From contig CP064970.1 in assembly GCA_016699305.1 (NCBI GenBank), positions 157,419-221,418 of the forward strand: 64,000 bases of DNA, in the 5' to 3' direction. The stretch's first letter is position 1. Every line of letters starts with the position of its first letter. The notes beneath the pieces are model-generated. The model was not told the origin of the DNA. It saw only the letters and a program-made list of their open reading frames with translations, and did no database searches. Shown in pieces: positions 54,636 through 64,000 of this stretch. The position numbers were made by a program, and so were the translations under genes. This DNA is from Alphaproteobacteria bacterium. GTDB taxonomy: Bacteria > Pseudomonadota > Alphaproteobacteria > GCA-016699305.

Positions 54636-56957
54636 TCAGCCCGATGTGGTGACTTCGACGCGGTCCGCGTCCTTATCCGAATTGTCCACCGGCGTGCCCA
54701 GAGCGCGGATGTCCATACGCTCACTGGAAATGCCGGATTTCAACAGGAAGGCTCGAACCGCCAAGCCCCGTGACAATGCCAGGCGGCGCGCACCTTGAGT
54801 GGTGCCTCCCACAGGAGAAGAATAGGCGGTGATGGTCAAACGCGCGGACTGGTTGGCTTCCATCGAACGCAACAGGACGCGCAAGGAATCTTCCCCGTTT
54901 GCCCCAAGATTGTCGGACCCCGGCGTGAAGGATAAACGCACACGCTGCATGGGTTTTTCCGCCATGCTGGTGCTATCCGTGCTTTTTGCCGGTGCCAGCG
55001 GCGTTTCAGGCTTGACCGTTGGCACTGTAGCAGGCGCAGGAGCGCTAGGCGCGATCGCGGGTGGTTTTGGTTGCGGTGGAGCCACCGGCTTAGCCTGAGG
55101 CACAGTCGGTTGAATATTTGGCATAACGCTGTTTTGAGGGCTGGCTGGGCTATATGGCACGGGTGATGCGCCGCTCTTGTTTAATATCATGCGCACAGGC
55201 GGGATGGGCTTGGCCAGGTCTCGCACAGGAGGTGGCGGCAGACTGGGATTGGGCGCGGCCAACATCTTGTCCTGATCGGGAATGTTGGCCTCAGGCGCGG
55301 CTGTCTTGGGCAGACGAGGTATCCGCAATTTTTGTCCATTTGGCTCGGGTGCGGCAGCTGTGGCCGCAGTCGGTGATTCATCAGCCTTAGTAGCCGGTTC
55401 TTCCTGTGCCAATTGCGGTTGAGCATCAGGTTGTGTGGACGGCAAGGGGGCATCAGCAACGACCTGAGACGCCGGCGGTGGTGTTGCGGGATTTGAACGG
55501 TCTGCCTGTTGTTGGTTGGGTTTAGGATCATTCGCGGGCTTCTCCGCCGCAGATTCCTTGACGGCTGCGGGGGCAGTCTCTTTAGACACAGGTAAAGTGG
55601 GGGCGGCGCGCATAGCAGGTTCGGTCGAAGTGGGAACGGGCTCCGCCGCAGATCCCTCGCCACGCGTGAACAGTTTGCGCGAATGCGGCGTGGGTACCGG
55701 CTCATCCGCTGTTTGCGGTGACAAAACCTGCGGCTCGTTCATCAAAGCTGTGGCTAAAGGCGCAACAGGCAAATCCAACCCGCGTCCGATCTGGGCAGGA
55801 CGATCTGCCGTATCCGTCTTGCTCGGCAGTTCAGGAACAGCAGGAGCGACAGCCGGTGTCGCTTCCTTGGGTGTAACTGGGGTCGAGGCCACCACAGGTG
55901 GCGGCGCAGGCGGTGTCACAATGCTCTGCTGGGCTGGTGCTGACTGTATTGCTGGGTCAGATGGCTTGGCATCAGCCGTTTTGGCTGTGGGTAAGGGTGC
56001 CGCATTCTCAAGCTGAGGTTCCAAGGGCTGGATCGGCTTAGGCGATTCTGGTTCTAGGGGCTTGTTGGGCACAGCGGATGCCACAGGATTCAAAGATGGA
56101 GCGACTGCGGGTGTAAGTGTAGGTTCCGCCACAACGGAATCGGACTTAGTTGCCGCCATGGCTTTATGAAAGGCCTGATCCAAACTGCGCGAGTCGAGCT
56201 TGGTAGAAGGCTGTACAGACGAAGAATCTTGTCTATGCCGGGCAAGAACCAAGGGATCTCGGGAATCAATCGGCTGGGCGATGGGCGTGGCGGCAGGTCG
56301 ATCAACCCCCATAGGTACCTGGGCTGCAGCTTCAGGTGCCGTAGGAATAGCGATGCTGGACTGCGATGTCGGACGCGTGACGACTAAGCTGCGCGTCTCG
56401 GGGGATCGGTAGCCGCTGGGCATAGATATAGATGATGAAGGCACGGCAGCAGGCGCTGCGGGGTTCCTTAGCAAATTGACGGGGGACGGAATACCCTGAT
56501 TGGAGGCCTTTTTAGCCTTAGAATTATGTCCCAACATGGCCTCGGGTGACAGCTCGTTGGCTCCCGGCCATTCACGAGGAAGTATCCTGCGTTCCGGGTT
56601 ATATGTCTCCACACTAGGAGCTGTGTTGGCCGTTGTGTTCTTGGACTGAATGACCACCTGACCAGATTGAGCATGAGCTACCCATGGTGACAGGGAAAAC
56701 AGCGCCAGTGCGGCTAAACCGCAACGCCCAAAACGAACGCGCCGTAACGCATCCTTTCCGGACAGGCCGAAACAACGAACTATAATCTGGCCGTAAGACA
56801 ACGCACTCTCCCTGGAACGACGGCTTTCCCGTTGCCTGCGAACGATGTGGCATCTATGCCAAAGATCGATTCGAGGCGATACGCATATTGCCGCAAGAAT
56901 GCCCGGAAAACAATGCTCGACGGGGATTTTTCTGTTTGGGCGTCTCATGGAACGCAA
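54636..56957 (-). CDS. Large Pro/Ala-rich envelope protein with a C-terminal OmpA-like peptidoglycan-binding domain
   Basis: The C-terminus RLTITAYSSPVGGTTQGARRLALSRGLAVRAFLLKSGISSERMDIRALG is OmpA-like. A signal-like segment GLAALALFSLSPWVAHA lies ~70 codons into the ORF, so the true start is uncertain. Confidence 0.7.
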   Translation of the reverse strand: MRSMRRPNRKIPVEHCFPGILAAICVSPRIDLWHRCHIVRRQRESRRSRESALSYGQIIVRCFGLSGKDALRRVRFGRCGLAALALFSLSPWVAHAQSGQVVIQSKNTTANTAPSVETYNPERRILPREWPGANELSPEAMLGHNSKAKKASNQGIPSPVNLLRNPAAPAAVPSSSISMPSGYRSPETRSLVVTRPTSQSSIAIPTAPEAAAQVPMGVDRPAATPIAQPIDSRDPLVLARHRQDSSSVQPSTKLDSRSLDQAFHKAMAATKSDSVVAEPTLTPAVAPSLNPVASAVPNKPLEPESPKPIQPLEPQLENAAPLPTAKTADAKPSDPAIQSAPAQQSIVTPPAPPPVVASTPVTPKEATPAVAPAVPELPSKTDTADRPAQIGRGLDLPVAPLATALMNEPQVLSPQTADEPVPTPHSRKLFTRGEGSAAEPVPTSTEPAMRAAPTLPVSKETAPAAVKESAAEKPANDPKPNQQQADRSNPATPPPASQVVADAPLPSTQPDAQPQLAQEEPATKADESPTAATAAAPEPNGQKLRIPRLPKTAAPEANIPDQDKMLAAPNPSLPPPPVRDLAKPIPPVRMILNKSGASPVPYSPASPQNSVMPNIQPTVPQAKPVAPPQPKPPAIAPSAPAPATVPTVKPETPLAPAKSTDSTSMAEKPMQRVRLSFTPGSDNLGANGEDSLRVLLRSMEANQSARLTITAYSSPVGGTTQGARRLALSRGLAVRAFLLKSGISSERMDIRALGTPVDNSDKDADRVEVTTSG

Positions 56958-57142
56958 TAGGCCGATTTTATCGGCACATTGTCTGGTGTTACGCCTTTCT
57001 GGTTTAAGGTGCTGGCCTTGCTTCGATGCTGATGGTCATAGCAAACAATATTTGCTATGGAATTGGCCGTGCCATCGTTCTAAGATGCCCCGCCGCTAGG
57101 TAGGGGCACATGGCGCGTGTCCGGGTGCGGATAGGCACATGC

Positions 57143-57218
57143 AGGAGTGTAGCTCAATTGGTAGAGCACCGGTCTCCAAAACCGGGGGTTGGGGGTTCGA
57201 TCCCCTCCACTCCTGCCA
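57143..57218 (+). tRNA. tRNA-Trp (anticodon CCA)
   Basis: Folded by hand as AGGAGTG/CACTCCT acceptor, GCTC...GAGC D-arm, CCGGT-CTCCAAA-ACCGG anticodon arm and GGGGG-TTCGATC-CCCTC T-arm. The CCA is encoded. It sits in the classic position upstream of secE-nusG. Confidence 0.93.
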
Positions 57219-57290
57219 GTGCCATGGTTATCCAGTATGGGATTCCCCGCACGGGCGAGTCGTTGATCGAAGGACAAAGGTTGAACGCTG

Positions 57291-57485
57291 ATGATTAAAA
57301 ACGTAGTGCAGTTCAGTCAGGAAGTGCGAAGGGAGATCGGCAAGGTCACTTGGCCGACTCGTCGTGAAACCTGGACGACCACTCTATTGGTCTTCATCAT
57401 GACGGTGCTGGCCGCGCTGTTTTTTTTGTTTGTCGATCAGGTCTTGGCCTGGGTCGTCAAGCATGTCCTAAGCCTGGGTTCGTAG
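57291..57485 (+). CDS. secE: Preprotein translocase subunit SecE
   Basis: 64 aa. VRREIGKVTWPTRRE followed by a single TM segment. Confidence 0.9.
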   Translation: MIKNVVQFSQEVRREIGKVTWPTRRETWTTTLLVFIMTVLAALFFLFVDQVLAWVVKHVLSLGS

Positions 57486-57489
57486 GAGG

Positions 57490-58071
57490 ATGCAAACCAT
57501 GAGTGAGACTCCAGCGGCGAAGGCCGCTTCCCCCCGGGCGAGCGGGCCGCGTTGGTACGTGATTCACGCCTATTCCGGCTTTGAGAAGAAGGTCGCGGCG
57601 GAAATCCGCAAACAGGCCGAGACCAAGGCCTTGAACGATATGATCGTCGAGGTCGTGGTGCCTTCCGAAGAGGTGGTCGAGATTCGGCGTGGCGCTAAGA
57701 TCAAGTCGGAACGTAAGTTCTATCCCGGCTATGTGCTGGTCAAGATGGAGCTGACGGACGAGACATGGAATCTGGTGCGCAATGTGCCGCGCGTGTCGGG
57801 CTTTCTGGGCGGCGGCAATCGTCCTTCGCCGATCAGCGAGGCCGAGGCTCAGCGCATCTTGAACCAGATGGAAGAGGGCGTTTCGAATCCACGGCCTTCG
57901 GTGACCTTTGAGATTGGCGAGCAGGTTCGCGTATGCGATGGACCGTTCGCTTCCTTTAATGGCACTGTCGAAGAAGTCGATGAGTCGAAATCGCGCTTGA
58001 AGGTTTCGGTGTCAATCTTTGGTCGCTCCACGCCCGTGGATCTGGAATACGGCCAGGTCGAAAAGGTCTGA
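57490..58071 (+). CDS. nusG: Transcription termination/antitermination factor NusG
   Basis: NGN domain RWYVIHAYSGFEKKV. KOW motif GEQVRVCDGPFASFNGTVEEVD...IFGRSTPVDLEYGQVEK. Confidence 0.93.
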   Translation: MQTMSETPAAKAASPRASGPRWYVIHAYSGFEKKVAAEIRKQAETKALNDMIVEVVVPSEEVVEIRRGAKIKSERKFYPGYVLVKMELTDETWNLVRNVPRVSGFLGGGNRPSPISEAEAQRILNQMEEGVSNPRPSVTFEIGEQVRVCDGPFASFNGTVEEVDESKSRLKVSVSIFGRSTPVDLEYGQVEKV

Positions 58072-58628
58072 TGCCCAAGATGGGGGTGCCCATGCGCCTG
58101 ACGGTCTTGTCTTTTGTCCTAGCCTTGGGCTGCCTGGCCCTGGTTGGCTGTGGCTTTCGTCCCGTTTATGGGGGACTTGGCGGGCCTGTGTCGGGTGGGG
58201 AAAGGCTGAACGAGGTTTGGATCGGCACCATCCCGGACCGCAACGGCCAGATGTTGCGCAACATGCTGACTGACAGAATTCACGCCGAGGGCGTCCCGTC
58301 AAAGCCGCGCTATCGTCTGGATGTAACTTTGACAAGCGGCGAAGGCGATCTGGGGTTGCGTAAAGACGCCACCGCCACAGGGCGTCAGCTAACGATCCAC
58401 GCATCTTGCGTGTTGACCGATGCGATCGAGGGCCGCCAGGTGGCACGTTGGGCGGATCGTAGTGTTGTGCGACACAATATCCTTATGGCACCCTATGCAA
58501 CGCAGGTTTCGCGCGACGATGCATGGCAACGTGGGTTAACTGACCTAAGTGACAGCATCATCCGCAGTCTGACGGTTTACCTGCAGCCTGCCCCCAAAGC
58601 AGGGCAGAAAGCGCCGACACAGCCTTGA
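58071..58628 (+). CDS. Lipoprotein, LptE-like
   Basis: Lipobox LALVGCGFRPVYGG, the alphaproteobacterial LptE-type N-terminus. The start overlaps the nusG stop; an alternative start is at 58092. Confidence 0.55.
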   Translation: MPKMGVPMRLTVLSFVLALGCLALVGCGFRPVYGGLGGPVSGGERLNEVWIGTIPDRNGQMLRNMLTDRIHAEGVPSKPRYRLDVTLTSGEGDLGLRKDATATGRQLTIHASCVLTDAIEGRQVARWADRSVVRHNILMAPYATQVSRDDAWQRGLTDLSDSIIRSLTVYLQPAPKAGQKAPTQP

Positions 58629-58704
58629 TTTTGCGGGGCCACGTCCTACTTAGAAATAAGCCCATGTGTAAGATATGGGCCTGCCCCTTGATCTGGAGAG
58701 CTTT

Positions 58705-59307
58705 ATGTCCAAGCATGCCTTGACCACGGCAGATATCCTGTCAATGGACGTTTATGAACGGGAGCGTGCCGAACGTAAACGCGCCATCCAGCCGATGAAG
58801 CGGTTGCGCCGTGTGGAGGTGGGGCCATGCGCCGCATTCTACTTCGAGAACTACGACACAATGTGGCTGCAAGTCCATGAAATGCTTTTCATTGAGAGGG
58901 GTGGAAACGAACAGCTGGCCGATGAATTGGCCGCCTATAACCCGCTCATTCCCAAAGGCAACGAGCTGGTTGCTACCTTAATGTTCGAGATCGAAAACGC
59001 CACAAAGCGGCATGAGCTTTTGGCCAAATTGGGTGGTGTCGAAGAGACGGTCAGTTTCACGGTAAATGGCTTGTCTGTTCGCGCAGTCCCCGAGGACGAT
59101 GTGGATCGCACCACGGCGGATGGCAAAGCCTCATCTGTCCAGTTCCTGCATTTTGTGTTCGATAAGGAACAAATCGCGGCATTTTGCCAGCCAGGGCAAA
59201 GCATCATTCTGACCATTAGCCACCCGGCTTATGCGCATAGTGCCGTTATTCCAGAAGCAACGCGCACGGAACTGGCCAGGGATTTTGATCTTAACTTGTT
59301 AGCTTAG
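58705..59307 (+). CDS. DUF3501-like protein
   Basis: The pattern KRLRRVEVGPCAAFYFENYDTMWLQVHEMLFIE...YNPLIPKGNELVATLMFEI...SSVQFLHF matches the family. Confidence 0.65.
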   Translation: MSKHALTTADILSMDVYERERAERKRAIQPMKRLRRVEVGPCAAFYFENYDTMWLQVHEMLFIERGGNEQLADELAAYNPLIPKGNELVATLMFEIENATKRHELLAKLGGVEETVSFTVNGLSVRAVPEDDVDRTTADGKASSVQFLHFVFDKEQIAAFCQPGQSIILTISHPAYAHSAVIPEATRTELARDFDLNLLA

Positions 59308-59403
59308 GCGGCCCATCGCTGCCTTAGATTAACGCAATATTAAGTCGCTTGCTGTGTAGTTTCTGGCGAAGCTCATCCCGCCACGCTTGCACAGGGAACG
59401 GAC

Positions 59404-60744
59404 ATGGCAAATTTCAACTTTGACAGACCGACACGTCTCAGATTTATGCGCCTGGATGACAAGGCCACGTCCCAATTACGCGAGACATGGCCCAAATTGG
59501 AACCGAAAATCCAGGGCATTCTTGAGGAGTTTTATCGTCATCTGATGGGGTTCGACGCCTTGTCCAAGATGCTGGGCGGACCTGACAATGTGAAGCGTTT
59601 GATCGGCGCGCAAAGCCAGCATTGGCGCGCTTTGTTCTCTGCCCAGTTCGACGATGCCTTTATGGATCGCGTCACGCGCATCGGCCAGGCTCATCAGCGT
59701 ATCGGCCTAGAGCCGCGCTGGTATATTGGCGGCTATAGTCTGGTTTTGGAACGGTTGTTAGCGGCGCTTAGCGCGGTCGAATCCAACGAAGAACGACGCC
59801 GCGACATATCTGGGGCCATCACCCGCGCTGTGTTCCTGGATATGGACTTATCCATTTCCGTCTATCAGTTCGCCGAGATCGAGGCGCGCGAAAAGCGGTC
59901 GAGCAAGGTTGAAGAAATCCTAGGCAACTTTGATCACATCGTGGGCGGGATTATGCAAACCGTCGATCAAGCCGCTGATAAGGTCAGCGGCGCGACCCAG
60001 CAGGTATCCAGCCTGGCCAGCGAGACATCCTCACGTTCTTCGGAGGCGGCGCATTCGGCGCAGGAGGCCTCGGGGAATGTGCAGACCGTGGCGGCGGCGG
60101 CCGAAGAGCTGTCGGCCTCCATTCGTGAGATCAACAAGCAGGTAGCCGATTCCACGTCTTTGGCCACAACCTCGGTCGGCAAGACCCATGTCATTCAAAA
60201 TACGGTGCGTACCCTTAGCGACGCGGCGGCCAATATCGACAACATCATTGGCTTGATCCGCAGCATTGCCAGCCAGACCAACATGCTGGCGCTGAACGCT
60301 GCCATCGAGGCGGCACGGGCAGGGGCGGCGGGCAGTGGGTTCCAGGTGGTCGCCAATGAGGTCAAGACCTTGGCCAAACAGACGGCCAAGGAAACCGAAG
60401 CCATCGGCGCGGTGGTGGCATCCATGCAAAAAGCGACGTCGCAGGCGGTTACGGAAATCAGCGAGGTTTCTGGCGATATCAGCCAGATATCGGATATCAT
60501 CGCCTCGATCGCCTCGGCTGTGACCCAGCAAACGGCGGCGACGCAGGAAATAGCCCGGAACATTCAACAGGCCCTGGACCGCACACGCATGGTCAGCGAC
60601 GATGTGGACATTGTCAGCCACAACGCTTCGGACACACTGTCAGCCACGAATGAGACGCGCGAGTCCTTGCAGAATTTTCTGGATCAGTCTCGCAGTCTGC
60701 AAGACAGCATCCAGAAGTTCTTCGAGCAAATCCGCGCGGTTTAG
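59404..60744 (+). CDS. Globin-coupled (HemAT-like) methyl-accepting chemotaxis protein
   Basis: The N-terminal sensor-globin blocks are [15 protein letters not shown] and [22 protein letters not shown]. The C-terminal MCP signalling hairpin reads [37 protein letters not shown]. No TM segments. Confidence 0.85.
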   Translation: MANFNFDRPTRLRFMRLDDKATSQLRETWPKLEPKIQGILEEFYRHLMGFDALSKMLGGPDNVKRLIGAQSQHWRALFSAQFDDAFMDRVTRIGQAHQRIGLEPRWYIGGYSLVLERLLAALSAVESNEERRRDISGAITRAVFLDMDLSISVYQFAEIEAREKRSSKVEEILGNFDHIVGGIMQTVDQAADKVSGATQQVSSLASETSSRSSEAAHSAQEASGNVQTVAAAAEELSASIREINKQVADSTSLATTSVGKTHVIQNTVRTLSDAAANIDNIIGLIRSIASQTNMLALNAAIEAARAGAAGSGFQVVANEVKTLAKQTAKETEAIGAVVASMQKATSQAVTEISEVSGDISQISDIIASIASAVTQQTAATQEIARNIQQALDRTRMVSDDVDIVSHNASDTLSATNETRESLQNFLDQSRSLQDSIQKFFEQIRAV

Positions 60745-61224
60745 CCGCTTGCTTTAGCGGTATAGGAGCCGATCATCCTTCTGGGCTTGCCTTCTGCGTG
60801 TTGGGAATATTGTTTTTGTGTCGATGAAAGACAGGCAGATAGGCGCTGGTCTTGGGCATATCCTCCAACAACAGCCCCTGATGCAGAAAAAGCCCCGCCA
60901 GCCAAGGCATATAAGTCTTTCGTGGGGTGGGGTCGGCGTCCATAAGCTGCCGATAGGTACCTGGCTTTTTCGCCTCGATGATGGCTTTTAACTTGCTGCC
61001 CATGGAAACGGGGCTTGCTCTGATAAACTGTTTGGAACGATGATCCTAAGGTAGGCAATAGTCATATCGACATAAGAATGTCGCTTTCGTGGCATGGTTC
61101 TATGCCGCGTGAATCCTTTTCTTAGAAACTTTCTTACCCGGAAGACATGCCATGTCTTGCCAATTTATGTGTGGTGTGTATCGTGTGATCGATGTCGTGA
61201 CTTTGAGTGGTTAGAGAATCGTCC

Positions 61225-62076
61225 ATGTCCGCGCCTGCTTTGTCCTTACCTGCCGATCCTGCCTCGCTTTCATGGAGCGCCTTGGCAGTTGCCATTCGTC
61301 AAGTTGCCTTGCCTCTGATGTCTGCGGCGTGCGAGGTCAAGGCTATGGGCAGTGGAGGGGAGTCAGAGGGCGCGACAACGGAAGCTTCTGTCTTTGTTGA
61401 GCTTCTTGAACATGTTGTCCGTGCGACTGAATCGAGTTTGGCGCGTCATGGCGCCACCGATCCGGTCCCCGACTCGGTGCGTTGGGCCATGGCGGGAGCG
61501 GCCAGTTCATGCGTCGCGGCATTGTATCGCGTCAGTGGGCGCGTCCCCGAACAGCAAGAAATTGAAGGTACTTTGGCGGCCTTGTTGGAATCGCCGCGCA
61601 CATTGGCGGTGTTGGGTAGTGCCGTGACCGATTGTCTGCCCAATACGGCGGCAACCTTTCGCGCCCGGTTGATTGACGCCCTGGCCCCTGTTGTCGGTGC
61701 CGTGGCCCAGTACTCTTATGGTCGTCCCGAACATGCTTTGCTGTCGGATGTCACTGCCCGCATCTTTAAGATGGGCGACCAGGTGACGCGCGCCCTGGCC
61801 CCGCGTGGGCTTTCGGCGGAGGACTGGCGCATTCTGACATGGAATGTCGTGCGTGCCTTGTGCCAGCTCTATTCGGACGCGCATTATGCCGAGGCGGATC
61901 GTTTATTGTATCTGGATCCGACCGAGCGCGACGCATTGATCCAGAAAAACAAGGGCGTGATGCCGATGGATCGTGTCTGGCAGGCATTTGATCAGCGAGT
62001 CAGTATGTTGGCGACTTTGGCCGCCTATCTAGAAATCCCCGAGACTGCAACCTTAGATGCACAGGATCTGTCGTAA
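61225..62076 (+). CDS. Hypothetical protein
   Basis: Long ORF with GC-rich codon usage, starting at ATG 61225 (MSAPALSL...). No motif recognised. Confidence 0.5.
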   Translation: MSAPALSLPADPASLSWSALAVAIRQVALPLMSAACEVKAMGSGGESEGATTEASVFVELLEHVVRATESSLARHGATDPVPDSVRWAMAGAASSCVAALYRVSGRVPEQQEIEGTLAALLESPRTLAVLGSAVTDCLPNTAATFRARLIDALAPVVGAVAQYSYGRPEHALLSDVTARIFKMGDQVTRALAPRGLSAEDWRILTWNVVRALCQLYSDAHYAEADRLLYLDPTERDALIQKNKGVMPMDRVWQAFDQRVSMLATLAAYLEIPETATLDAQDLS

Positions 62077-62194
62077 TCGGGACCTGTTGATGAAACATTC
62101 TTGACGCTAACGACTTTGCAAGGCTTGTTAGAGAATGATATAGGCCGTTGCGCGTCGCGCTTTGGCCATCGGCGCAACGGAAGTTAGGAAAATC

Positions 62195-62650
62195 ATGCTT
62201 GCATCTCCACATGTCATTGCGGCTTGTCTTTTGGCGGCAGCCAATACCTACCAAGTGCCTCCCGCCGTGATGATCGGCATTTTGCATGTCGAGCGCGGCC
62301 GCGTGGGGGCTGAGTCTGGCCCGAACATTAATGGCAGCTTTGATCTGGGACCGATGCAGGTCAACACCATGTGGATGCCGCAACTGGCGCGTTATTGGGG
62401 TATTGATGCCCGCAAGGCGCGTGTCATGGTGCGCGACAATGTCTGTGTGAACATGAAGGTTTCCGCTTGGATATTAAAACAGAAAATTGGCGAAGCTGGT
62501 GATTTGGCGGGTGGTATCGCCCGTTATCATTCGGCCACGCCCGCGCTGGGGCAGCGCTATGCCCGCAAGGTGATATCGGCCATGGAGCGCCATGGCCTGA
62601 TCGATCACGGACAGGGTGCGGGACGAGAACGGCGCGTGGCCCAAAGATAG
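62195..62650 (+). CDS. Lytic transglycosylase (SLT domain, VirB1/P19-like small form)
   Basis: GILHVERG (catalytic Glu), DLGPMQVN and ARYHS blocks, plus a signal-like N-terminus. The ATG at 62195 has an AGGAAA SD. Confidence 0.8.
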   Translation: MLASPHVIAACLLAAANTYQVPPAVMIGILHVERGRVGAESGPNINGSFDLGPMQVNTMWMPQLARYWGIDARKARVMVRDNVCVNMKVSAWILKQKIGEAGDLAGGIARYHSATPALGQRYARKVISAMERHGLIDHGQGAGRERRVAQR

Positions 62651-62720
62651 CTTTAAGGGTTTTGACGTGCTAACCTCCCGCTCGTGAGATTCGCGTGTCC
62701 ATGAGGGGGAGGTTGTTCGC

Positions 62721-63809
62721 ATGACGGCTTTGTTGAGTGGCTGGCGGTTTTGTTTGTGCGCCAGTCTTATGGTGGTCCCGGTGACCTCTATGGCGGCACC
62801 TGCGGAAGGTACCCCAATCCAAGCTCCTGGAATGCCCGGCTTGTCCGCACAGGCCCCTGTGGCCCAGCAGACAGAGGCGCAGCCGTCTGTCCGTCCTGAC
62901 CCTTCGCGTTATCTGCCTTTTCAGACCATCATGAAATTCGGCGGCAAGGTCTATTACATGGGCCGCCGCTATGGATTGGATGGCTGGTTCATTGTCCAGG
63001 AAGGCAAGATTCAAATCGCCTACACCACGGCCGATGGCATGGGCATTATGTTTGGTATGCTGATGTCCAGCGACGGTGCCAACATCACCAGTCAACAATT
63101 GGCGCAATTAAGCGCGTCTGAAGAAGACGTGCGCAAGCTGATGCAAGGCAATAACCCGCAATCGGGTTCAACGCCGCCGGCATCTCCTGCTTTCAATCCG
63201 CCGATGGCTACGCCGCCTTCCACCGCGTCGAGTTCGGTCCAGGCTCCGGCTTCGGGCAATTGGATCGAGTCCGCCAGTCGCGCGCCCGTTATGCCGCAAG
63301 AATCGTTGCTGACTCCGCCGGACAACAAACAGCTTTCTCCGGGCGAGCAGTTGTTGAGCGAATTTGCCACCAAGGCCCAGGGCGTCAGCATTGGCAAGCC
63401 TGGATCGCCGGAAGTGGTGATGGTGATGGATCCGCAGTGCTCGCATTGCAAGCAGACATGGCGCGATCTGTATGACGATGTAGCGGCGGGCCGGTTGCGG
63501 TTGCGCTTGGTGCCGACGGGCAATGACAATGCCGAGCATGATAAACTGGCTGCTGGCCTGTTGGCTTCGCCCAAGCCGGGTGAGGCTTGGAATAAACACA
63601 CCAAGGGTGACAGCAGTGGCCTCGAAGGTATGGCCAGCCCAGATATGATCGCCGCTATCCACGCGAATCACGAATTGATCGTGCGTTGGGGAATTACCCG
63701 GACTCCTTACCTGATCTATCGCGGACGCGACAACCAGGTGAAGATTGTCGAAGGGAAACCCAAGAGCGTCAGTACGCTTATCGCTGATCTGCCGCCTGCG
63801 GCTCCTTAA
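62721..63809 (+). CDS. DsbC/DsbG-like periplasmic thiol:disulfide isomerase with a Pro-rich linker
   Basis: A signal peptide is followed by an N-terminal dimerisation-like domain. The thioredoxin fold carries CSHC (MDPQCSHCKQTW) and a cis-Pro block (ITRTPYL). Confidence 0.75.
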   Translation: MTALLSGWRFCLCASLMVVPVTSMAAPAEGTPIQAPGMPGLSAQAPVAQQTEAQPSVRPDPSRYLPFQTIMKFGGKVYYMGRRYGLDGWFIVQEGKIQIAYTTADGMGIMFGMLMSSDGANITSQQLAQLSASEEDVRKLMQGNNPQSGSTPPASPAFNPPMATPPSTASSSVQAPASGNWIESASRAPVMPQESLLTPPDNKQLSPGEQLLSEFATKAQGVSIGKPGSPEVVMVMDPQCSHCKQTWRDLYDDVAAGRLRLRLVPTGNDNAEHDKLAAGLLASPKPGEAWNKHTKGDSSGLEGMASPDMIAAIHANHELIVRWGITRTPYLIYRGRDNQVKIVEGKPKSVSTLIADLPPAAP

Positions 63810-63869
63810 CGATCATTCTCCTAAGGGTGATCTATCGGCCATGTTGGACATCAAGTAAGAGGCGTAGGC

Positions 63870-64000
63870 ATGAGTGAGGATGAAAACTCGGGCGGTCACG
63901 AGATTGCTCAACGCAAAAGCAATGCTTTGCCAACCCGCAAACCCTCTGCTTCGCAGGCGCTGGACGTTGCTTCCAGTTTAACTCGGGCCGTGCATGGTCA
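63870..64000 (+). CDS. Hypothetical protein, N-terminal fragment (runs off the window)
   Basis: ATG at 63870 with an AAGAGG SD, open to the window end. Confidence 0.4.
   Translation, partial: MSEDENSGGHEIAQRKSNALPTRKPSASQALDVASSLTRAVHG

Noticed and set aside
60741-61058. Minus-strand ORFs of 76 and 105 aa downstream of the chemoreceptor gene.
   Set aside because: They overlap each other in different frames, have no SD and no recognisable motif, and one overlaps the end of the MCP gene. I left them unannotated.

Overview
This is a GC-rich chromosomal segment that looks alphaproteobacterial. The taxonomic call rests on the NDUFA12-like/MlaD/DUF2155 block, tRNA-Trp-secE-nusG, fliQ-fliR, parC, glmS, htpG, hisS, prmC, anmK and a PBP1A-family gene. 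The core genes are interrupted by several accessory pockets. (1) 1-3.3 kb: the right end of an AT-rich integrated element, with two unknown cargo genes, a tyrosine integrase carrying a C-terminal HTH, and a displaced tRNA 3' fragment. (2) 4-16.1 kb: a type I secretion locus (HlyD-like, HlyB-like). Its roughly 1750-aa RTX cargo has an N-terminus that reads like a phage-type lysozyme plus LysM. A signal-peptide protein sits in the hlyC slot upstream. The 5' end of the locus has undergone a 1.495-kb tandem duplication, leaving a frameshifted and an intact copy of the upstream gene, an orphan RTX N-terminal fragment, and a relic of a second RTX gene. This is my best candidate for an undescribed system: a T1SS-delivered muramidase bacteriocin with a periplasmic immunity protein and mirror-image orphan cassettes. 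(3) 24.8-28.1 kb: an AT-rich orphan membrane-protein gene next to an overlapping luxI-cytochrome P450 pair, with no luxR in the window. (4) 32.8-36.3 kb: three tandem pilin-like paralogues with conserved N-terminal halves and AT-rich variable C-terminal halves, each behind a nearly identical ~380-nt leader repeat. (5) 48.5-52.2 kb: a translationally coupled operon of dcd, a thymidylate-synthase-like three-domain fusion, a HAD hydrolase and a ParB/Srx-like protein. (6) 61.2-64 kb: a lytic transglycosylase and a DsbC-like thioredoxin, possibly the edge of a transfer or secretion module. I found no rRNA, CRISPR array, transposase or reverse transcriptase. All functional calls come from motif-level reading of the translations. 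Start codons are chosen by SD spacing where stated, and no database search was possible.
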